DNA of 64,000 nt from Bacteroidia bacterium (GTDB taxonomy: Bacteria; Bacteroidota; Bacteroidia; SpSt-205). Under the pieces are notes generated by a model, which saw only the letters and a list, made by a program, of their open reading frames with translations, was not told the origin of the DNA and did not search any database. Each line of letters begins with the position of its first letter. The stretch's first letter is position 1. Where the stretch lies: contig JAOAHZ010000001.1 in assembly GCA_026414975.1 (NCBI GenBank), positions 326,086 to 390,085 of the forward strand, read 5' to 3'. A program made the translations under genes and the position numbers. Shown here piece after piece: positions 48,420 to 56,092 of this stretch.

Positions 48420-49476
48420 TCTCCGCGTAGCCTATTTGCGGGGTCGTCCCGACGGTCATCCCATCCACAAAGCTTATGCTCAAGCAATTGGAGACAACTT
48501 TCATTATGTGGATGAGGTGGCAAGGTAACACGATTTAGCTTTACCTGCGCCCATTCGGTATTGGCGATGGCTTCAGAATGCCTTGAGGTTTCCTTATGGC
48601 CAATACGATGCTCTTCTGATTGAGGGACCTCACATATGGCCTCCTCTTGCTGGCCGGTGGCTTCAGATACCTGTGTGGGGTCTTATAGATGAGCATACCT
48701 TTTATTTTCTTCATGAGCGATACTTTCCGAAAACTACTCGGTTGGCCCTCACTTTTGCTTTACGACGCTACACGGGCCTTTTTGTAATAGGACAAATGCT
48801 GGCTCGATTAGCTAAGAGCGTCTTAGGCCCAACCTGTCCTCCCCTCTATATCGGCTTCAACGGTGTAGAAGAGCTCCGTTTAGAGCGCCTTCTGATGGTG
48901 AAGCCCTTGCTTGAGAATCCGACCCTTATCATCATTGCTCATGGAGAGGAGGGGTGGCGTACCTATTACAAAGGTTTAGACCTGTACATGGAGACGCTTA
49001 CCCTTCTGAGGAGGCACATGCCCAGCATACAGGGACTGATTGTGGGGCGTTGGACAAAGCGAGAGCAGGATCGACTGTTTGGTCTATTTCCAAAGGCACC
49101 CGTCCGCTTTTTAGGCGCCGTGGGGGATATAGAGACAATCTTAGGAGAGACCAGTTTATACCTTCACTTAGCACGAGGAGAGGCTTGGGGCATAGCTGTC
49201 CAAGAAGCTATCGCAGCCGGCGTACCAGCAATTGTATCCGAATGGACGGGAGCCGCCGAAGTCGTCTCTCAAATATGGAGCCATGGGGTCGTCCCCCTCT
49301 GCCCTAAGACAGCGACTGAACGCATCTTAGAGTACTTCAGCCTGCCTGTAGCCGAACGCAAAGTCATAGCCGAACGAGGTCGCTCCCTCATAAGGTCCTC
49401 CTACACGCGTCGTCAAGCGGTAGAGCGCTTCTACCAGCTCTTTGAGGACGCCTGTCGCCGTGTATCCGTGAGCTGA
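48409..49476 (+). pseudogene. GT4 glycosyltransferase interrupted by an in-frame TAA
   Basis: ATG 48409 (MACNLRVAYLRGRPDGHPIH..EVAR) then TAA 48526-48528; the same frame continues HDLALP.. into EAWGIAVQEAIAAG. Confidence 0.75.
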
Positions 49477-49498
49477 TTTTGTTATCTTGCACTCAGGT

Positions 49499-49966
49499 AT
49501 GCTGCCTGAGCTTCAAACTTTATACCAGGAGCTGATCATGGAACATAATCGGTATCCACGCAATTATAAGCGGATTGAGGCTCCCACACATGAAGGACAT
49601 GGCTATAATCCTCTCTGCGGGGACGAAGTTCATGTAACGCTGCGTGTGGAGGACCATGTCATAGCTGATGTTGGGTTTGAGGGTAAGAGCTGCGCTATCT
49701 GTAGAGCTTCTTCCTCCATCATGACTACACTTATAAAAGGGCAGTCCTTGGAGATGGTGGAAAGCCTTTTTCAAGCCTTTCATGAGCTCCTTACGCAGGA
49801 GGAGGCGCCACATATGGCTAGCCTCCCACCCGCTTTCCAAGAGAAGCTCCGAATTTTTTCCACTGTAAAGAACTTTCCAATGCGAGTCAAGTGCGCTACT
49901 CTCCCTTGGCATACTTTGCATACTGCCCTGCATAAACCTGCCGGAGTCGTAGCTACCACAGAATAA
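49499..49966 (+). CDS. sufU: SUF system NifU-like protein SufU
   Basis: LYQELIMEH, NPLCGD, CAIC, RVKCATLPWH. Confidence 0.92.
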   Translation: MLPELQTLYQELIMEHNRYPRNYKRIEAPTHEGHGYNPLCGDEVHVTLRVEDHVIADVGFEGKSCAICRASSSIMTTLIKGQSLEMVESLFQAFHELLTQEEAPHMASLPPAFQEKLRIFSTVKNFPMRVKCATLPWHTLHTALHKPAGVVATTE

Positions 49967-49975
49967 TAATCGCTT

Positions 49976-50305
49976 ATGGAGACCTTCTCCTTTCAGGACC
50001 CAGCCCTTCTCCAAGAAGCCATAATCCGTGCTCTCCGAGAAGTGTATGACCCAGAGATCCCCGTAGATATCTATGAGCTGGGGCTGATTTATCACATAGA
50101 GGTAAGTCCAGTAGGGGAGGTAAAAATTGTTATGACCTTGACTTCGGCTTTCTGTCCCGCTGCTCAACACCTTCCGGATGATGTCAAGAAGGCCGTAGAA
50201 GCCGTCCCTGGCGTCAAATCCGTAGAAGTAGAAGTTACATTTGACCCTCCCTGGGATATGTCTCGTATGAGCGAAAATGCCCGAATTCAGTTAGGACTTC
50301 TATAA
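49976..50305 (+). CDS. DUF59/SufT Fe-S assembly protein
   Basis: VYDPEIPVDIYELGLIY, MTLTSAFCP, FDPPW. Confidence 0.93.
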   Translation: METFSFQDPALLQEAIIRALREVYDPEIPVDIYELGLIYHIEVSPVGEVKIVMTLTSAFCPAAQHLPDDVKKAVEAVPGVKSVEVEVTFDPPWDMSRMSENARIQLGLL

Positions 50306-50313
50306 AACCTCTG

Positions 50314-50321
50314 TAACTTTG
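50314..50321 (+). promoter_or_regulatory. -7 element TAACTTTG
   Basis: Exact TAnnTTTG, 4 nt before ATG 50326. Confidence 0.65.
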
Positions 50322-50325
50322 GAGA

Positions 50326-50949
50326 ATGAAAGTTCTCCTATGTACGGGTGTTTTGATGGGCTTTGTATGGTCGCAGAAGGCCCAGTGTATCTTGGTTAAG
50401 CTCAAGCATGCCTCTGACCTCACGGCCGACAACGCCTTGCATCCTTCTTGGGAGGAGAAAAGTGTCCGCCTCAAACTACCTGACAACTTAGAAGAGTCCT
50501 TTATAGACGCAGAGGATGAAGCTACAGACCGCTCCATTGCAGAATGTTTTACGCCTCAGCTCAAACTTATCACCGAGCGATACACCTATATCATAAGTTT
50601 AGCTTGCCAAAATCTCATCGCCTACCAGAATACTTCCCCTTACAAGCCATCTCCCCGTCGTGTTCAAAGTCCTATAAGCTTTACCGAGGATTTTCGCTAT
50701 TTCCTGGAGAAATCCATTGAAAAATACATGAAAGTACCCCCTCGTCGACTTTATGCTGAATATTCGCTGGCTTATATTCCACCTACTCAAGGGGTCATCA
50801 AGTATGAAGAGTTGGACTTTCTCCTCAATCAGTCTCAACTGATGGAAGAAGAGGACGACGATGAGGACCCAGAGCCTGATTTGCCCAGCGAGTCTCCAAG
50901 TGATTGGATGGGAGAGGAACTGGAAGAAGCCGATGGAGAGAATGACTGA
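50326..50949 (+). CDS. Secreted hypothetical protein with acidic tail
   Basis: Signal ending VWSQ; C-terminus EEEDDDEDPEPD..EELEEADGEND. Confidence 0.7.
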   Translation: MKVLLCTGVLMGFVWSQKAQCILVKLKHASDLTADNALHPSWEEKSVRLKLPDNLEESFIDAEDEATDRSIAECFTPQLKLITERYTYIISLACQNLIAYQNTSPYKPSPRRVQSPISFTEDFRYFLEKSIEKYMKVPPRRLYAEYSLAYIPPTQGVIKYEELDFLLNQSQLMEEEDDDEDPEPDLPSESPSDWMGEELEEADGEND

Positions 50950-50969
50950 GCTTTTTGTTTTTAGCTCGT

Positions 50970-51431
50970 ATGAGTACTCTATTAGCAATCGGTACAGAGG
51001 CTCCTGACTTTGCAGCACCTGACCAGTCGGGTCGCATGATACGCCTATCTGACTTTCGGGGTAAGAAGGTCATCCTCTACTTTTATCCTAAAGATGATAC
51101 GCCTGGCTGTACCAAAGAAGCCTGTAATCTGCGCGACCACTACAAAGAACTACAAAATGCCGGCTATGTAGTCTTGGGTGTGAGCGCAGATGATGTAAGT
51201 TCGCATAAGCGCTTTGCGGAAAAGTATAACCTTCCCTTCCCGCTCTTAGCAGACCCTGACAAGTCTATCATCAAGGCCTACGGGGCTTGGGGCGTGAAGA
51301 AGATGTATGGTAAAACCTACGAGGGTACTCAGCGCATCACCTATGTGATTGATGAGCAAGGTCGTATTATGAAAGTCATCACTCAGGTCAAAACCGAAGC
51401 CCACGCTCAGCAAATCTTAGGAGAGGCATGA
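50970..51431 (+). CDS. bcp: BCP-type peroxiredoxin
   Basis: YFYPKDDTPGCTKEAC. Confidence 0.95.
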   Translation: MSTLLAIGTEAPDFAAPDQSGRMIRLSDFRGKKVILYFYPKDDTPGCTKEACNLRDHYKELQNAGYVVLGVSADDVSSHKRFAEKYNLPFPLLADPDKSIIKAYGAWGVKKMYGKTYEGTQRITYVIDEQGRIMKVITQVKTEAHAQQILGEA

Positions 51432-52147
51432 AGCCTCCCATCCAGTTCATAGGGGCCGGAGGAGCTCATGATGTTCATTTAGGGAACTCGGCTGCCCTCC
51501 TCCAATGGAATGGCAAGAACATTCTTATAGACTGCGGCTTTACTGTATATCCCAGCCTCGTTCGTCACCAGCTGGTAGAGGATATTGACGCCATTTGTAT
51601 CACCCACCTGCATGATGACCATATCGGTAGTTTATCGGCTCTGCTTTACCATCGGCACTTTATCAGTAAGCTACCTCCTGTCCCTGTGATAGCGGGCATA
51701 CCGGAGCTGTATTCCAAGCTTTACACCTACCTTCACTTCCTCATGGGAGAGGTGGAGCGATTTGCCCAAGTGCTCCTACCCAAAGGGTATGCTTCTTATA
51801 TAGAGGCCATTTCTACTACGCGTTTGCATTCACCTCATATGCCGAGTTGTGCTTACCTTTTCACCTCATCTGAGATGAATCTGATCTACAGCGGAGACAT
51901 TGGAGAACCCTTGCCCATGTTGAGAGATTCTGAATGGTTAGAAGCCCATCCATCTCTGTATGTATTTCACGATGTAGCTTTTCATCCGACGCCGTCTCAC
52001 TGCTACTATCAATCGCTTCATTCGTTTTTAGGAAAGGTCAAGCTCTGGGGCTATCACTGCGACCCTCGTGAAGCTCCTAGCGATAATCAGATTCCTTTGG
52101 TTCATAACGAGCTGATGTTAGAGCGTTATGAAAGAGGAGCGAGATAA
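51428..52147 (+). CDS. MBL-fold metallo-hydrolase (RNase Z-like)
   Basis: GAGGA, LIDCG, THLHDDH, YSGD. Confidence 0.88.
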   Translation: MKPPIQFIGAGGAHDVHLGNSAALLQWNGKNILIDCGFTVYPSLVRHQLVEDIDAICITHLHDDHIGSLSALLYHRHFISKLPPVPVIAGIPELYSKLYTYLHFLMGEVERFAQVLLPKGYASYIEAISTTRLHSPHMPSCAYLFTSSEMNLIYSGDIGEPLPMLRDSEWLEAHPSLYVFHDVAFHPTPSHCYYQSLHSFLGKVKLWGYHCDPREAPSDNQIPLVHNELMLERYERGAR

Positions 52148-52445
52148 GCTGGTATTTTCTACTCGTCCGATTAAGGGGCCTGATCCGGAGGGGCCTCCCA
52201 CTCCTTCTCGCCAGACCCTTCGGATACAGCGGCGCCGCATTGCTGGGGGAAAGGAGGTTACGGAGATCACAGGCTTTGTAGGGAAGCGTACCGATCTGGA
52301 AGCTCTCGCTAAGCGGCTCCGACAGGCTTGTGCCACAGGGGGTAGCATCACCGAGGACAAAATTCTCCTTCAAGGAGACCAAGTAGAGAAAGTTTTAGAG
52401 CTTCTGCGCCAAGAAGGCCACATCGCTAAACGTAGTGGTGGATAA
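52128..52445 (+). CDS. SUI1/YciH translation initiation factor homolog
   Basis: GGKEVTEITGF, LAKRLRQACATGGS, ILLQGD. Confidence 0.92.
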   Translation: MKEERDKLVFSTRPIKGPDPEGPPTPSRQTLRIQRRRIAGGKEVTEITGFVGKRTDLEALAKRLRQACATGGSITEDKILLQGDQVEKVLELLRQEGHIAKRSGG

Positions 52446-52989
52446 GTGGGTCTTTGCTACCAAAAATCCCCATAAGTTTTCTGAGGTTTGTCAAATCGTC
52501 GGGTCTGCCATCTGCATAGAGACTCTTCCTCCCGATGTAGAAGAGGCTCCTGAGCCTTACTCTACTCTGTACGAGAACGCCCTATCTAAAGCCGCCTTTT
52601 ATGCTGATCGGCTTCGCTTACCGGTGATAGCCGAAGATAGCGGGCTCTTCGTTCCGGCATTGGGGGGGCGGCCGGGGGTGCACACCGCTCGCCTGGGCGG
52701 ACCTGAGCGCCTCTTAGAACTCATGCAAGGTGTGCAAGACCGACGAGCCTATTTTGTGTCCGTGATGGTAGCTTATCGCAGCCCAGACCAGTACCTCTTT
52801 AGTACGGGGTTCTGGCAGGGCTCTATTGCTCTAAAACCGGCTGGTCAGGCAGGATTTGGGTATGACCCAGTTTTTGTTCCGCATGGATATTCAGATACTG
52901 TGGCTCAGCTTGGTGTGGCTTGGAAACTTCAGCATTCTCACCGAACTCGGGCCCTTCATAAGCTGCTCGTACAGCTCTCCCAGAAATGA
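52435..52989 (+). CDS. rdgB: Non-canonical purine NTP pyrophosphatase (HAM1)
   Basis: ATKNPHK, ENALSKA, EDSGL, GFGYDPVF, SHR. Confidence 0.94.
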   Translation: MVDKWVFATKNPHKFSEVCQIVGSAICIETLPPDVEEAPEPYSTLYENALSKAAFYADRLRLPVIAEDSGLFVPALGGRPGVHTARLGGPERLLELMQGVQDRRAYFVSVMVAYRSPDQYLFSTGFWQGSIALKPAGQAGFGYDPVFVPHGYSDTVAQLGVAWKLQHSHRTRALHKLLVQLSQK

Positions 52990-53001
52990 GACCTTTGCGG
53001 T

Positions 53002-53625
53002 ATGCCCTATTGGGTAGGGATCACGGGCGGAAGTGCGTCAGGGAAGACATACCTATTAGAACTGCTTCGCAAAGCCCTGCCTTCCAATAAGGTAACCTTC
53101 ATCTCTATCGATCACTACTATAAGGACCTGTCCTTGCAACCAAAAGACCCTGAGGGACGCATCAACTTTGACCACCCAGAAGCGATAGATTACGAGAAGC
53201 TCTATCACGACTTTAGGGCGCTTAGGTCAGGGCAATCTGTAACTCAACGGGAATATACCTTCAATCAGCCTGGTGTAGAGCCTCGGCTTTTGACTTTCAG
53301 GCCTGCTCCAGTTCTGATTGCGGAGGGGCTATTTCTTTTTTACTGGGCGCCGATCCGGGACTTATTTGACCTGCGGATATTCATGGAGGCAGAGGAGCCG
53401 TATCGCTTTATTCGTCGCCTTCAGCGAGATCAGAAGGAGCGCGGCTACTCGGCCGACTCTATCACGCACCAGTATCTTACGCAAGTTTTACCCTCGTATG
53501 AGCAGTTTGTGGCGCCATTGCGCCAGTACTCTCACCTTATCATTCAAAATCGGTACGGAGACCTCATGCCTGCGCTGAGCGTTCTGCTCAGTCATCTTAA
53601 GGGCGTAGTAGAGCGAAGCTCATAA
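53002..53625 (+). CDS. udk: Uridine kinase
   Basis: GITGGSASGKT, DHYY, NFDHPEA, RRLQRD..ERG. Confidence 0.93.
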   Translation: MPYWVGITGGSASGKTYLLELLRKALPSNKVTFISIDHYYKDLSLQPKDPEGRINFDHPEAIDYEKLYHDFRALRSGQSVTQREYTFNQPGVEPRLLTFRPAPVLIAEGLFLFYWAPIRDLFDLRIFMEAEEPYRFIRRLQRDQKERGYSADSITHQYLTQVLPSYEQFVAPLRQYSHLIIQNRYGDLMPALSVLLSHLKGVVERSS

Positions 53626-53711
53626 GAGAGGATGCCCCTCAGGATGAAGCAATCCGTAGCTGCCACCAGTCAAAGGGGGCTCTTTTCGTCTTAGGAGGGG
53701 TGGATAAGAGA

Positions 53712-54013
53712 GGGGGATGGGTGGTAAGCCGGGTTCTGTGTCTACGCCTGCATTTCTCTAAGCGGCTTACCCGCCAGCTATGGGAGCGGTCATCGCTGGC
53801 TACTTAGCCTTGCGTCGGCTGGGGGTTGTCCGAGGGGACGCTTTTACCGTCCCTTTTCACCCTTACCTCAAAGGAGGCGGTATATTTTCTGTGACCCTGT
53901 CCGTCTGGGCCCCTTGCGAAGCCCAGCCTCCCCTTTCGGGGAGCAGCCTGCTCCCTGACGCCCGGACTTTCCTCCAAAAGCTTTCGCTCTCGGCGCAGGC
54001 GCCCCCATCCCCC
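53712..54013 (-). ncRNA. rnpB: RNase P RNA (reduced type A)
   Basis: Reverse strand has GAGGAAAGUCCGGG and ACAGAACCCGGCUUA (P4), ACAGAAA and GGUGAAA, P1 GGGGGAUGGG/CCCAUCCCCC, P2 CGCCUGC/GCAGGCG. Confidence 0.97.
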
Positions 54014-54022
54014 AAATCAATA

Positions 54023-56035
54023 TCATCTTTCTGCAAAATCCAGTCCAATAATCCTAAACTCCGCCCGACGATTAGCTTGCTCATCTGCATCAGAGAGTTC
54101 AGGATAGATCAGGGGTTGCGACTCTCCATAGCCAACAGATGTAAGACGACGGGGGTTGATCCCTTTTTGCGTCAAATAATTCACCACCGATTTAGCTCGG
54201 TTATTGGAGAGGCGGATATTATACTGCTCGCTGCCATTGGTATCCGTATGAGCTCCAATCAGGATACGAAGGGAAGGATTATTTTGAAGGAGGACAACCA
54301 GTCTATCTAGCTCAGCTGCCGCATCAGGGCGAATGTCATACTTATCAAAATCAAAGTAGATATTTTGCAGGACAATCGGGCGAGCTATTTCAATGCGATC
54401 CAAGTAAATGTCTATGTCGGCTTCCAGCTCCATGGACTTTGAGGCGTCACGGGTGGAGACAGCTACTTCGTTTGCGAGGTACTCTGGAGCATTGCCAATT
54501 AGACGATAATCCTTTCCAGGTTGTAGCGTGAAGCGGTAGCGAGCGCTCTGGTCTGTGTTGAAGGTATCGAGAGGAATGAGCCTGCCTTCTTTGGCTTCGT
54601 AGAGCGTGACGGTGGCAAAGGGGATAGGGAGCTTAGTAGTACCGTCGCGGACTGTACCTTGTACGGCAAGCTCTATCTTTACGACGGGGATCCGTTTGAT
54701 ATAGTAGATATCATCTCGCCCTCGCCCGCCGGGTCGGTTAGAGGCTAAGAAACCCAAGGAGTCTTGCCTGACCCAGAAAAGGGAAAAGTCATCGTAGGAG
54801 GAATTAATAGGAGAACCAAGGTTTTTAGGGGGTTGCCAGGAGGCTAAACGTCCTTCGGCTCGGAAAATATCATAACCTCCTAAGCCAGGATGTCCATCTG
54901 AGGCGAAGTACAGCGTCTTCCCGTCTCGTCCTACATGGGGGTAAATTTCGTTGAAAGGCGTGTTAATGATTTTGCCCGCATGGACGGGGGCCCCCCATTC
55001 TTTGCCCACCTTTTGAGCGTACCAAATATCCGTTCCACCCAAACCTCCATCTCGGTCAGAAATGAAATACATAATGTTTCCGTCGGGAGTGAGCGTCGGC
55101 TGTGCATCGTAAGTTGGGACGAGTTTCTTCTTGCCCTTGGAATTCACGGCCACTTCTCGTTTGCCTGCTAAGGCTTCTATTTTCTCAAAGGGGCCCCATT
55201 CTTTCTTCTGAGGGTCATAAGTACTCTGGTAAATACCACACCCCCAGTACTTGTGGTATTTTCCTTGACCACAGATGGTATAATACATTGTGAGTCCATC
55301 GGGCGCGATGACTGCGCCTCCATCGTTGGCTGCGGTGTTAACCTTCTTGCCGAGATTTTGCACTTTGCTAACCACCTTGCCGAGGAAAGCTGTGTCGCTC
55401 TTGAGCTGAACAACCCACAAGTCCGAGTAAGTCGGCTCCCCATACTCATAAAAGCGCTCTCGACTTTGCCCCCCCGTTCGATGGCTGGTGAAAATCAGAA
55501 AGGTGTCGCTCTTGACGACAAAAAGCGTAGGGGCATATTCGCTTACTTGGGAATTTACTGCAGCAAGGGCGCGCAACTCATACTCGGGTTTTTCGGCTAA
55601 GAGGCGTTCAGCTAATGTGCATCCTTCTATCTCTATCTCAGCCTGCTTACGCAGAATATCCTGAGCCTTGTGCCGGGATAAAAACTCTTGCAAGGTCTTC
55701 TTAGCTTCGGCATATTGCCCGAGTTTTTTCTGAGCGATGCCCAAGTCTAAATAGATCGTGTCACAGGTTTCTGCATTGATAGCCAGGGCTTTCTGATAGG
55801 CTTCTACAGCTCTTTCCGTTTCGTTAGTGTACCAGTAGCAACGAGCCAAACGATAAGCGGCATATTGATTATTCTGATCTAAGGAGAGAACCTGCTTATA
55901 TAGCTCTGCTGCCTTTTCTGGATTGCGGTTGGTGTAGTATTCCTTGTCTGCTTCGGCGAGCAGTTTGCGTACCTTAGACGACTGGGCAAAGAGAGTCGCC
56001 AGCCCAGCACTTAGTAATAGTGCATACAGTCGCAT
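54023..56035 (-). CDS. TPR + PD40 + OmpA family protein (PorE-like architecture)
   Basis: Signal LFAQ, TPRs, SDRDGGLGGTDIW, SDGHPGLGGYDIF, NIYFDFDK, AHTD, NRRAEF. Confidence 0.93.
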   Translation of the reverse strand: MRLYALLLSAGLATLFAQSSKVRKLLAEADKEYYTNRNPEKAAELYKQVLSLDQNNQYAAYRLARCYWYTNETERAVEAYQKALAINAETCDTIYLDLGIAQKKLGQYAEAKKTLQEFLSRHKAQDILRKQAEIEIEGCTLAERLLAEKPEYELRALAAVNSQVSEYAPTLFVVKSDTFLIFTSHRTGGQSRERFYEYGEPTYSDLWVVQLKSDTAFLGKVVSKVQNLGKKVNTAANDGGAVIAPDGLTMYYTICGQGKYHKYWGCGIYQSTYDPQKKEWGPFEKIEALAGKREVAVNSKGKKKLVPTYDAQPTLTPDGNIMYFISDRDGGLGGTDIWYAQKVGKEWGAPVHAGKIINTPFNEIYPHVGRDGKTLYFASDGHPGLGGYDIFRAEGRLASWQPPKNLGSPINSSYDDFSLFWVRQDSLGFLASNRPGGRGRDDIYYIKRIPVVKIELAVQGTVRDGTTKLPIPFATVTLYEAKEGRLIPLDTFNTDQSARYRFTLQPGKDYRLIGNAPEYLANEVAVSTRDASKSMELEADIDIYLDRIEIARPIVLQNIYFDFDKYDIRPDAAAELDRLVVLLQNNPSLRILIGAHTDTNGSEQYNIRLSNNRAKSVVNYLTQKGINPRRLTSVGYGESQPLIYPELSDADEQANRRAEFRIIGLDFAER

Positions 56036-56042
56036 GCCGCCA

Positions 56043-56088
56043 CAAATATAGATAAAAGGCTAAGACCCTTGCGCATTCTTTACCTTTG
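56043..56088. promoter_or_regulatory. Divergent -7 elements
   Basis: TATATTTG on - (7 nt to ATG 56035) and TACCTTTG on + (4 nt to ATG 56093). Confidence 0.65.
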
Positions 56089-56092
56089 CTTT

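Noticed and set aside
48526-48528. Stop-codon reassignment
   Set aside because: TAA, TAG and TGA all terminate well-conserved genes at their expected ends in this window.
49520-50170. 216-aa - strand ORF
   Set aside because: Antisense to the clearly real sufU and DUF59 genes.
53780-54310. 176-aa + strand ORF
   Set aside because: Antisense shadow of rnpB and the OmpA gene end; no protein motifs.
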